From positions 20 to 64,019 of the forward strand of contig DVMH01000009.1 in the NCBI GenBank assembly GCA_018715045.1: DNA of 64,000 nt, in the 5' to 3' direction. Within the stretch, counting starts at the first letter, position 1, and the number at the start of each line of letters is the position of its first letter. Positions 1 through 10,016 of the stretch are shown here, in pieces. A program made the translations under genes and the position numbers. The DNA is from Candidatus Avidehalobacter gallistercoris. Its GTDB lineage: Bacteria > Bacillota > Dehalobacteriia > UBA4068 > UBA4997. Below the pieces are notes generated by a model, which was not told the origin of the DNA, did not search any database, and saw only the letters and a list, made by a program, of their open reading frames with translations.

Positions 1-603
1 CAGCTCGCCATCGGCCAGCAGAGCGCCAACCGGGTCAGCACCAACAACGCCGGTGGGAGTCACACCAGCTTCCTCGAACAGACCCAGCAGGGGCTTAGCG
101 GAAGCGCCGGCAGCCACAAACAGCGGAGCGTCAATACCGTCAAAAGCAGTCTTAACGTCAGCAGCGTCCTGCAAAGACAGACCACGGCCACAGGCTTCAG
201 CGTCAAACGCCTTACCCTGCTTTGTAGCTTTGTCCAGCTGAACAGTTACCGCATTAGCGCCTTTTTCCAATTCGAACTTGGCCAGCTTGTTGAACTCAGC
301 GGGATCAACAACATCCAGGCCCTGAGCGATCTTCCAAGGATTGGTCAAATAACCTCCCGCATTGGTACCTCTGACATATTCATCGGCGCCAGGCATGGTC
401 TGAGCCATAGCGTTATTTTCGGTGTCAGCCAGAGTATAGATGGGCTGCAGGGTGATGCCTTCGTAAGTTTTGGTGTACATCTTCTTATCGAAGGGAGCGC
501 CCTTTAAGGCAGCGATTGCGGCTTCTTTCCATTCTTCATAAGTAGGAACTTTGAACTCATCGAAAGAAACTGCAGGCAACGTTGTGTTTTTTTCTTTTTC
601 CAT
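1..603 (-). CDS. methylmalonyl-CoA mutase family protein, N-terminal part (MutA/small-subunit-like); gene continues past the window start
   Basis: Truncated by the window edge, so absent from the ORF track. Minus-strand ATG at 603-601 with AGGAAG 6 nt upstream; open to base 1. Translation MEKEKNTTLPAVSFDEFKVPTYEEWKEAAIAALKGAPFDKKMYTKTYEGITLQPIYT..PGADEYVRGTNAGGYLTNPWKIAQ fits the conserved N-terminal pattern of MCM subunits as I remember them. Confidence 0.6.
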   Translation of the reverse strand, partial: MEKEKNTTLPAVSFDEFKVPTYEEWKEAAIAALKGAPFDKKMYTKTYEGITLQPIYTLADTENNAMAQTMPGADEYVRGTNAGGYLTNPWKIAQGLDVVDPAEFNKLAKFELEKGANAVTVQLDKATKQGKAFDAEACGRGLSLQDAADVKTAFDGIDAPLFVAAGASAKPLLGLFEEAGVTPTGVVGADPVGALLADGEL

Positions 604-963
604 GTTTAACTTCCTTTCTGTAAATTTATTGTTCATATACTATCCACGCAACAGCCACGCCTGCCGCTAAAAGACCGCGGTGACGCGTTGCACTCAAACC
701 ATATTGTGAGCGACATTATCAACACCGACTGCACATGACTGAACACCGTCTCTCTTATGTCGGCACCATAAGAGGGCGGCTGCCCAAGTGAACGCCATAC
801 CTGCCGGGTTTAATAAATCGCCGCGCTAATACGCCATGATATTGCATGGATTGTAATCAACGGCGGTAATAGATATGCCTGAAAACATACCGGAATTCTC
901 TGCTTTGGCTGCCTTTTACCGCTGCCGCCACATAAAAACTCCAAATTACCATTACCAGAATTT

Positions 964-992
964 ATTATATACCACTTACCTTTAATTGTCAA
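964..992 (-). promoter_or_regulatory. sigma-A type promoter (TTGACA-17-TATAAT) reading toward the mutase-like gene
   Basis: Minus strand reads TTGACA (992-987), 17-nt spacer, TATAAT (969-964); both hexamers match consensus. Implies a roughly 350-nt leader before the ATG at 603. Confidence 0.5.
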
Positions 993-1082
993 CAAATAGC
1001 AGCCTTTTCATATCAAAGAAAATCTGGTTATTTTTCTGCTTTTATCTGAAATTTTTTCTGACTGAACAGAATTTTTTAATGC

Positions 1083-1111
1083 TTGCAAAAGACTTAACAT
1101 TATTATATAAT
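1083..1111 (+). promoter_or_regulatory. sigma-A type promoter for putP (TTGCAA-17-TATAAT)
   Basis: TTGCAA 1083-1088, 17-nt spacer, TATAAT 1106-1111, about 45 nt upstream of the putP ATG. Confidence 0.45.
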
Positions 1112-1156
1112 TATTTTTATTCACACTGTTTATTGGGATTATTGGGAGGAAAAATT

Positions 1157-2626
1157 ATGGATTTTGTTGTATTGGGCTGTATCGTTGTGTATCTGGCCAT
1201 TCTGCTGGCGGTGGGATTTTATTCCTACAGCAAATCGTCAACCATGGCCGAATACATATTGGGCGACAGGGGCTTGGGTAAATGGACAACAGCCCTTTCC
1301 GCGCAGGCTTCTGATATGAGTGGCTGGTTGCTGATGGGGCTGCCAGGTGCGCTTTATGTTGGCGGCTTATGCGAAGCATGGATTGCCATAGGACTTGCCA
1401 TCGGCACATATCTGAACTGGCGGTTCATCGCTTATCGCCTGCGTATATTCTCAGAATCGCTGGATAATGCTCTTACGATGCCGGAATATTTAAGTAACCG
1501 TTTCCACGATAACAAGAACTTGCTTAAAACGGTCACGGCCATATTTATCACCATTTTCTTCCTGATTTATACGGCCTCCGCAATCGTTGCCGGCGCAAAA
1601 CTGTTCTCTACTGTGTTCAATATGTCCTATATGGTGGCGCTGCTCATCGGCTGGCTGCTGATTTTAATCTACACATTCGCCGGCGGCTTCCTGGCCGTCT
1701 GCTGGACAGATTTTATCCAAGGCATGTTGATGTTTTTTGCAATGGTTATAGTTCCAGTGACAATGTTCATTATGTTGGGCGCAAACTGGGGCGATATTGC
1801 CCCTCTGCTGGAAAGCGGCGGCGACACCTATCTGAAACTTTCCGGCAGCACCAGCGGCATGGATTGGAAATCCATCCTTTCCAATCTGGCCTGGGGCTTG
1901 GGTTATTTCGGTATGCCGCACATCATTGTGCGTTTTATGGCTATCAAAGACCCAAAAGAGCTGAAATATTCGCGTATTATAGCCACCGGCTGGGTACTGA
2001 TAACGTTAGGCGCGGCCATCTGCATCGGTATTCTGGGGCGGGCGTTTGTCACTAAATTCGGCCTGCCTTTCACCGATGCTGACGCCGAATCGATCTTTCT
2101 TGTTGCTATTGATTATATCTTCCCCAGCGTGTTCGCAGGCTGGCTGCTGGCGGCGGTACTTTCGGCCACCATGTCCACAGCCGACAGCCAGTTGCTGGTC
2201 AGTGCGTCTTCTATCTCCAACGATTTGGTCAAGAGCTTCAACAAAAAAATTCCAGACAAAAAGCTACTGTGGATCAGCCGTGTGTCCGTGCTAATGATCG
2301 CGATTCTGGCACTGGCTATCGCCATTGACCCGAACAACAGCATTATGGGGCTGGTTTCTAACGGCTGGGCAGGCTTGGGCGGAGCTTTTTCCGCTATTAT
2401 GCTGCTCTCGCTGTTCTGGCGTAAGACAAGCCTAAAAGGCGCGGTCACCGGTATCTTGGTGGGTGGCTCCACCGTTATTCTGTGGCTTATCTTTGGTGGC
2501 AACACAGGTATTTATGCCCTGCTTCCCGGCTTTATCTTCTCTGCTCTCTCAATTATCATCGTCAGCCTTATCTGGCCGGATAAGGAATCAGAAGAGCTGT
2601 TCGACAAAGCGATCAAGAACTTGTAA
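1157..2626 (+). CDS. putP: sodium/proline symporter (sodium:solute symporter family)
   Basis: ORF track 986..2626, trimmed to ATG 1157 (GGGAGGA 6 nt upstream). MDFVVLGCIVVYLAILLAVGF..YILGDRGLG..ALSAQASDMSGWLLMGLPGA closely parallels E. coli PutP; multi-TM throughout. Confidence 0.9.
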   Translation: MDFVVLGCIVVYLAILLAVGFYSYSKSSTMAEYILGDRGLGKWTTALSAQASDMSGWLLMGLPGALYVGGLCEAWIAIGLAIGTYLNWRFIAYRLRIFSESLDNALTMPEYLSNRFHDNKNLLKTVTAIFITIFFLIYTASAIVAGAKLFSTVFNMSYMVALLIGWLLILIYTFAGGFLAVCWTDFIQGMLMFFAMVIVPVTMFIMLGANWGDIAPLLESGGDTYLKLSGSTSGMDWKSILSNLAWGLGYFGMPHIIVRFMAIKDPKELKYSRIIATGWVLITLGAAICIGILGRAFVTKFGLPFTDADAESIFLVAIDYIFPSVFAGWLLAAVLSATMSTADSQLLVSASSISNDLVKSFNKKIPDKKLLWISRVSVLMIAILALAIAIDPNNSIMGLVSNGWAGLGGAFSAIMLLSLFWRKTSLKGAVTGILVGGSTVILWLIFGGNTGIYALLPGFIFSALSIIIVSLIWPDKESEELFDKAIKNL

Positions 2627-2701
2627 AACAAAAAAGCACATACAAAAAGAGCGCCTGCTTCGGCGGAGGCCCATAAGGAAGTAAATGAAATTTCCCGGCA
2701 G

Positions 2702-4690
<1,989 letters not shown>

Positions 4691-4694
4691 TTAG

Positions 4695-5045
4695 TCAGTC
4701 CTCCTTTCCGGCAGGAATCCTCAGCGTAATTACCGCCGGTCTGCCAAGCCCCTGTTTCCTGCGGACAATCAAGCCACTGCGCTCTAATTCCTGAAATGCG
4801 CGGGTTGTTACCTGACGGCTACGGCGCAGCTTTTCCTTTGCTTCTTGTACGGTAAAATACAGCCGCACAGTTCTGTCTGCTTCTATAAAGCCATTCTCCT
4901 TTGAAATGCCTGCCCGGTCAAAAAGCAGGGCATAAAGCACCTTGGCGTCATTGGATAAATCCAATGGAATTAAAAATCGTGGAAACGGCAGATAAGGCGG
5001 CACTGCTGAGTCCGCTTTGTAAGGGATAAAAATATTGTTCTGCAT
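4695..5045 (-). CDS. RepA_N-type (replication initiator A N-terminal domain) / wHTH protein
   Basis: ..PYLPFPRFLIPLDLSNDAKVLYALLFDRAGISKENGFIEADRTVRLYFTVQEAKEKL..SRQVTTRAFQELERSGLIVRRKQGLGRP matches the RepA_N pattern (F-x-x-P..L...LS..AK.LY.LL.DR..LS..N.W.D..G.VY..FT..E). GGAAAGGAAA lies before the ATG. Confidence 0.7.
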   Translation of the reverse strand: MQNNIFIPYKADSAVPPYLPFPRFLIPLDLSNDAKVLYALLFDRAGISKENGFIEADRTVRLYFTVQEAKEKLRRSRQVTTRAFQELERSGLIVRRKQGLGRPAVITLRIPAGKED

Positions 5046-5059
5046 ACATTTTCCTTTCC

Positions 5060-5088
5060 ATCAATCCATCCTGATTGATTGGATTGAT
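5060..5088. repeat. inverted/iterated ATCAAT boxes just upstream of the RepA_N gene (operator or iteron-like)
   Basis: ATCAATCCA (5060-5068) and TGGATTGAT (5080-5088) form a perfect 9-bp inverted repeat. Extra GATTGAT/ATTGAC copies lie at 5073-5079 and 5089-5094. Confidence 0.4.
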
Positions 5089-5415
5089 ATTGACTATTTT
5101 ATCATTTACTTATTTCTCTTTGATTTCCGTCTAATTTCCGGTTCTCCAAAGGGTCGGAATACCCACTGCCGGAAAGACAGTTTTGGGGCCGTACAGAGCG
5201 TCCGCTTTTCTAGTCTCTGAAATTCCAGGACAGGATAACCCCGTTTGGGCGGGAACGCAAGGATACATGAACTATAAGAGAAACAGATAGGTACCTAATC
5301 GGGAAAATCCCGGATAGGTGAAATTGCCTCTGCGGACAGTTTCAGGCCAGCTTTTCGGGCATAGAAGGGATTTATACTGACTACCCACTGACAAGCGTTG
5401 AAACAGCTAGCAATA

Positions 5416-5778
5416 TCAAGGATTTTTCACTCCTAATTGTCCGCATAGGAGCCTTCTTTTGCGGTTGCTGGCATTCTTCTGCTTCCGGTGCACCTTTGAC
5501 GCACATGGCTTGCAGTATTTCGCCCGGTTGGAACCTGGGAGAAACGGCTGACCACAGACAACACACCGCTTCATACTGTCCCTGTGTAACAGGGCTGCCT
5601 CTAAAGGCTTGTCCAGTGGAAGAACCGCAATCCGAAACCATCTGCATAAAAGTGAATAGGAAATGCTCTGAACACAGACGCATTCCTCCCCGTCATCCAG
5701 CAAGATGCAGTTTCCGTTGTCATAATTGCAGCACATATGGACTAATTTCCTTGCCCTGCGGTACTGCCTGTAATCCAT
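5416..5778 (-). CDS. cysteine-rich VLP-type protein (mobile-element associated)
   Basis: ORF 5416..5808 starts at a GTG that overlaps its own GGAGG, so I prefer ATG 5778; the start is uncertain. MDYRQYRRARKLVHMCCNYDNGNCILLDDGEECVC..CVVCGQPF..YCKPC.. is the Cys-rich VLP pattern. Confidence 0.6.
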   Translation of the reverse strand: MDYRQYRRARKLVHMCCNYDNGNCILLDDGEECVCVQSISYSLLCRWFRIAVLPLDKPLEAALLHRDSMKRCVVCGQPFLPGSNRAKYCKPCASKVHRKQKNASNRKRRLLCGQLGVKNP

Positions 5779-5995
5779 GCCCCATATTTTATTTTTAATA
5801 TACTTCACCTCCTGACCGTCAAAAAATATCCCTTCACTATACAGGACATTTTTCGGGCAAAATTAAGGGAGTATTTTGAAAAATTCACAAAAATTTCACA
5901 ATTTTCTTGTCAGAAAAGGGCAGCCCACAAATCCCCCATTATTCAGTTCATATTTTAGGAAAAAGTTGCCGTCTATCCAGAAAAAATATAAAAAA

Positions 5996-6029
5996 ATTCA
6001 CACCACAGGTTTTGTTCTATGGTGTGAAT
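5996..6029 (-). terminator. rho-independent terminator closing the cargo block
   Basis: ATTCACACCA (5996-6005) / TGGTGTGAAT (6020-6029), with an A-run at 5981-5996 that reads as a T-run on the minus strand. It lies 7 nt past the stop of ORF 6036..6500. Confidence 0.6.
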
Positions 6030-6035
6030 CTATGG

Positions 6036-6500
6036 TCATGCAAATTTATATCCGATTCCGGTAACGTTTTTAATATAGCTGGGATCGTCCGGCCGTATCT
6101 TTAATTTTTTGCGCAGATTGCTCACATGGTTGGTAATTGCTTTCCGGGAATAGTAGGTATAGTCCTCGTTCCAGACGAAATCCATGATAAGGGCATAGGT
6201 AAACACTCGTTTCGGATTGCTGGCAAGTAAAAACAATATATCAAACTCTTTTGCAGTCAAAAAAATTTCCTGTTCACGGACTTTTACAAGCCGTTGTTCC
6301 AGGCAGAGGTATAAATCGCCTTCCCGTATTTCTGTGAGAGGACTATCCTGCTGCCAGTTATGCTTTGCTGAATTTGCACCTGCATCAACAGTTGATACTA
6401 TATCCTCAAGAAGATATTGAGCAAGCTCTTTTTGTTGCTTTTCGTTAAGCAGGAGGGTTAATTTTTCACCAATCTGTACACCGGTTTCAGATATATCCAA
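6036..6500 (-). CDS. orphan OmpR/PhoB-type winged-helix DNA-binding protein (no receiver domain)
   Basis: The C-terminal ~95 aa (LTAKEFDILFLLASNPKRVFTYALIMDFVW..ITNHVSNLRKKL..IKNVTGIGYKF) form a trans_reg_C type wHTH. The only start is TTG 6500, with poor SD spacing, so it may be a remnant. Confidence 0.55.
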   Translation of the reverse strand: MDISETGVQIGEKLTLLLNEKQQKELAQYLLEDIVSTVDAGANSAKHNWQQDSPLTEIREGDLYLCLEQRLVKVREQEIFLTAKEFDILFLLASNPKRVFTYALIMDFVWNEDYTYYSRKAITNHVSNLRKKLKIRPDDPSYIKNVTGIGYKFA

Positions 6501-6578
6501 TACAGCTAATTTCCCATATTACCACCACCTAACGATTGTCAAATGCAATGCTTCTCTATTTTGAGCTTTTTAGCCATA

Positions 6579-7163
6579 TTACTCGTTGGGATAGATATTT
6601 TTTCCAAACGCAAACGCCTTTTCATGCCATTCCGTTTCTTTGATCCTGCCTGTTCCGTTGGTATCCCCGCAGCCCCCGGCAAGAATCATTCCCCGGTCGT
6701 GGAAGCCTATGTAGTTTACCAATGAAAATTGATAGTAGGACACCGCCTGCTCAAAGGTCCAAAAAAAGTTATCCGCCGCTGTCATCAAAAGGACGCTGTC
6801 TTTGACAGGATAGGATTCATACCTTCCCAACAAAGGCTCACATTCCTCCGCCATACAATAAAAGCGGTCGATAAAGGCTTTCAGACGGGCTGAAAATGTC
6901 CAGTAATACAGCGGTGAAGCAAACACAACCAAATCGGCTGCTTTGATTTTAGGAATCATTTCATTGAAAGCGTCCTTTTGTACACAGGGTTTCCCATACC
7001 GGCAGGCATTACAGCCCAGGCAGTCCTTTACCTCATTTTTGAGAAGCGATATAACTTCTGTCTGATGTCCGGCGCTTTCAGCTCCCTCCACGAAAGCAGC
7101 GATAAGCTGGACCGTGTTTCCGTTTGGTCTTCCGCCACCTTGTATCACTAAAATACGTTTCAT
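6579..7163 (-). CDS. flavodoxin-fold NAD(P)H-dependent FMN reductase-like protein with Cys cluster (iron-sulfur flavoprotein-like)
   Basis: MKRILVIQGGGRPNGNT.. is the flavodoxin-like N-terminus. CLGCNACRYGKPC gives CxxCxxCx5C; ..LVVFASPLYYW.. is also typical. Confidence 0.75.
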   Translation of the reverse strand: MKRILVIQGGGRPNGNTVQLIAAFVEGAESAGHQTEVISLLKNEVKDCLGCNACRYGKPCVQKDAFNEMIPKIKAADLVVFASPLYYWTFSARLKAFIDRFYCMAEECEPLLGRYESYPVKDSVLLMTAADNFFWTFEQAVSYYQFSLVNYIGFHDRGMILAGGCGDTNGTGRIKETEWHEKAFAFGKNIYPNE

Positions 7164-7190
7164 AAAATCCTCTCCTTTGCAAATTGTCGC

Positions 7191-7940
7191 TTATTTATTT
7201 TTGGTAAATGTTATCAGCAGGCCGGTGTTGTCAATCTTTTCTACCTCTTTCACGGTAAAATCAACCGGAACCATCGCCTCTTGATTTAGACTCGCCTCGA
7301 AAGAGGTCTTGGTCGGCTCGTTCGGGGAACCGCCGTCCACTGTGGCAACCAGTAGCACAGTGTACTCATCTACCAGCCCCTCCCTGATGAAAGTGCCGTT
7401 CAGATGTCCGCCCCCTTCCAAGAGCAGATGGTCGATCCCAAATAGGGCATACAGTTTTTCAACCACCAGCTTGAAATCCAGCGTCTCCTTACCGCCGAAG
7501 ATATAGGAAACTTTCATGTTCCGGAGGTATTGCAGGTAGGCATCAGAAACTTTTTCCGTCAGGACAGAAATGATATGGTCGCCCACCCGGTTCGTGTAAA
7601 TGTCGGATGAACCGCGAAGCATCACATTCGCTCCCCACGCCAGCTTCCCCGACTGATCGATGGCGATGCAGTATTTATCCGCCTTCACATCCGCTACATA
7701 GTCCGTCCGGTCGATAGGGGGGACATTTTCTGGAAGCTCCGCCTTGTTTCCTGGGGCTAATTGCCAGGGCCAATCCATAAAAGTAACCCGCCCAAACATA
7801 CAGGCTTTTGCGTCCATCCTGTCATGAAACTGCTCATATTTGGCGATGTATTCGCGACCTCGTTCTGTATTGAAATATTCCCCGATGATCTTTCCGTCCA
7901 GTGAGTTCAGCATATAACAAGTGATATAAGGTCTATTCAT
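7191..7940 (-). CDS. RibD C-terminal domain / dihydrofolate-reductase-like family protein
   Basis: ..ITCYMLNSLDGKI.. and ..LLLEGGGHLNGTFIREGLVDEYTVLLV.. are typical of the RibD_C reductase fold. Confidence 0.75.
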   Translation of the reverse strand: MNRPYITCYMLNSLDGKIIGEYFNTERGREYIAKYEQFHDRMDAKACMFGRVTFMDWPWQLAPGNKAELPENVPPIDRTDYVADVKADKYCIAIDQSGKLAWGANVMLRGSSDIYTNRVGDHIISVLTEKVSDAYLQYLRNMKVSYIFGGKETLDFKLVVEKLYALFGIDHLLLEGGGHLNGTFIREGLVDEYTVLLVATVDGGSPNEPTKTSFEASLNQEAMVPVDFTVKEVEKIDNTGLLITFTKNK

Positions 7941-7970
7941 TGTAAAATACCTCTCTTTTCATAAATTTCA

Positions 7971-9293
7971 TCATTGCATGGAGGGCAAATTGTCTGCACG
8001 CTTCGAGAATACCAATGCAGCAACAACCGACACGACTTCTGCAATCACCATTGCCCACCATATGCCGCTGACACCCCATATCAATGGAAGTGTATAGACG
8101 AATATTCCACTGACAATCAAGCCACGGAGCAAAGCCAAAATGGTGGCCTGCTTTGTCATCAAAACCGATTGCAAATAATAAATCGCCTGGAAATTGATGC
8201 CCATTAGGAGGAAGGAAAGGAAGTAAACCCGGAGGATGCCGGGGGCGATTTCTATAATTTCCGGGGTTACCGCGATAAACAGCTTTGTAATCTGTATTGG
8301 GAAGGCCACGCCTACAAAAGCAAAGCCAATTCCCATAAGCAAGGCGGTGAAAATGGAACGGTTTCTAATCTCATGGATGCGCAGCTTTAAGCCGGCTCCA
8401 AAGTTCGTTGAAACAATCGGTTGTATCGCCTGCCCCACGCCTGCAAACAGGTTCTGGAACAATGAGGAGAACGAAATGACAACGCCAAAAACCGCCAGGG
8501 CCGATTCCCCGCCATAGACAAGCACCTGTTTGTTGAGAATAACTGTCAGTATAATAAAGGAAATGGCGATGGCGCTGGAGCTGATACCAGCAAACAATAC
8601 ATTGCGAAATGCTTTCAATATACGGAATGGTCTTACAATCCGAAGCTGGCAATTTTTTGTAAAAAAGTGGCTGCACAGTATAATAAATTGCAACACAGTA
8701 CCAAGTACGGTAGCCAATGCTGCGCCTGTCATTCCCCAATTCATAGGGAATACAAAGAACCAGTCGCCAAAAATATTGAATACGCCGCCAATCACCACTG
8801 CTGCCATCACTCGATTGGGGGAGCCATCACTGCGTACTATGCAGGAAAGATACGCTGACAGAATGAAAAATGGCATAGTCCAGACAATGCAGTTTGTATA
8901 ATCCTGCACATAGGGCATCAATCGGGGGGTAGCGCCAAAAAATGTATAGATTGGGGTCGAAAATACAGTAAAGGTGATCCATGCAATCAGCGTTAAAGCA
9001 ACGGCAAGGCATAGCGAAGCGAAGAAATACGCATTTGATTTCTCCATTTTCTGCTTGCCGCGGGCCTTACCTAAATATACACTGCCACCGATACCGCAAA
9101 GCAAACCGAAAAATGAGACAACTCCAAAAATCGGCTGCGCAATGGCCAGAGCCGCAGCCCCGTCCGGCCCCACACCCTGTCCAATGGCAATCGTATCCAC
9201 AAACCCATAGACAGAAGTTACAACTGCTGCGGATAATGACGGAACCAAATAACTCCTGTATAATTTCTTGATTGGGCTTTTCAGCAAATCCAT
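7971..9293 (-). CDS. MATE family efflux transporter
   Basis: ORF 7971..9404 trimmed to ATG 9293 (AGGAGG upstream). About 440 aa, 12 predicted TM segments, N-terminus MDLLKSPIKKLYRSYLVPSLSAAVVTSVYGFVDTIAIGQGVG typical of MATE. Confidence 0.9.
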   Translation of the reverse strand: MDLLKSPIKKLYRSYLVPSLSAAVVTSVYGFVDTIAIGQGVGPDGAAALAIAQPIFGVVSFFGLLCGIGGSVYLGKARGKQKMEKSNAYFFASLCLAVALTLIAWITFTVFSTPIYTFFGATPRLMPYVQDYTNCIVWTMPFFILSAYLSCIVRSDGSPNRVMAAVVIGGVFNIFGDWFFVFPMNWGMTGAALATVLGTVLQFIILCSHFFTKNCQLRIVRPFRILKAFRNVLFAGISSSAIAISFIILTVILNKQVLVYGGESALAVFGVVISFSSLFQNLFAGVGQAIQPIVSTNFGAGLKLRIHEIRNRSIFTALLMGIGFAFVGVAFPIQITKLFIAVTPEIIEIAPGILRVYFLSFLLMGINFQAIYYLQSVLMTKQATILALLRGLIVSGIFVYTLPLIWGVSGIWWAMVIAEVVSVVAALVFSKRADNLPSMQ

Positions 9294-9298
9294 CCTAT

Positions 9299-9889
9299 TT
9301 ACCTCCTGAAATGTTCTGCAAAGACAGCCACAGCATCGGCGCAGCTTTCCAAAGAATTGTATGTGGTGTCGATGCAGAGATGGTAGTTTCTCATAGATCC
9401 CCACTTGGAATCTGTATAATGCTCATAATAGCGGCTTCGCTTTTGATCGGTTTCCTTGATTTGATGTTCCACCTCTTGCGCAGGGCCGTTAACTCCCTGT
9501 TGGATCTTGCGCTCTACTCTCGCTCGCTGATCCGCATAGACAAAAATATGGAGTGCTTCCTCCAGCACCTTGTCAGCACAGCGCCCTACAATGACACAAG
9601 AGCCTTTTGCCGCCAGGTTCCGGATCGTTTCACATTGCCTAAAATAAATCTGATCCGTAATGGGCTGCTGATAAAATGGGAGCAGATTTTGTCCTGCGCT
9701 CCAAAGTGTATTTAATTGCAAATGTTCCTCATATTGTTCAATTACTTCAGCCGACAGGGTATTATCCTGAGCAGCAAGGGAAATCAGCTCTTTATCGTAA
9801 AATGGGATCTGCAGCCGCTGGGCGATAAGCATTCCCAGCTCCCGGCCTCCGCTTCCAAATTCCCTGCTGATGGTAATGACTTTGTTCAT
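9299..9889 (-). CDS. cytidylate kinase-like family protein (P-loop)
   Basis: ORF 9299..9973 trimmed to ATG 9889 (GGAGGAGG upstream). MNKVITISREFGSGGRELG..IPFYDKELI is the cytidylate_kin2-type signature. Confidence 0.75.
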   Translation of the reverse strand: MNKVITISREFGSGGRELGMLIAQRLQIPFYDKELISLAAQDNTLSAEVIEQYEEHLQLNTLWSAGQNLLPFYQQPITDQIYFRQCETIRNLAAKGSCVIVGRCADKVLEEALHIFVYADQRARVERKIQQGVNGPAQEVEHQIKETDQKRSRYYEHYTDSKWGSMRNYHLCIDTTYNSLESCADAVAVFAEHFRR

Positions 9890-10016
9890 AACGTACCTCC
9901 TCCTTTTGTTGACATTTGCGCATAATATGATTATAATACCGATATTGAGCGAACCAAAGAGAGAATAGTACATATTTTTGTAAAAATCGTTCCATTTTCA
10001 CAGAAGGAGGTAACTC

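Noticed and set aside
794-805. B12-box-like string GCCATACCTGCC, with GGTGA..GCACT upstream, on the plus strand next to the B12-enzyme-like gene. I considered an antisense cobalamin riboswitch as in the Listeria AspocR or Enterococcus EutX logic.
   Set aside because: The universally conserved GGGAA and GGTG-AA-CC core elements are missing, the box is 3 nt short, and there is no plus-strand promoter or target. Kept only as something cmsearch could settle.
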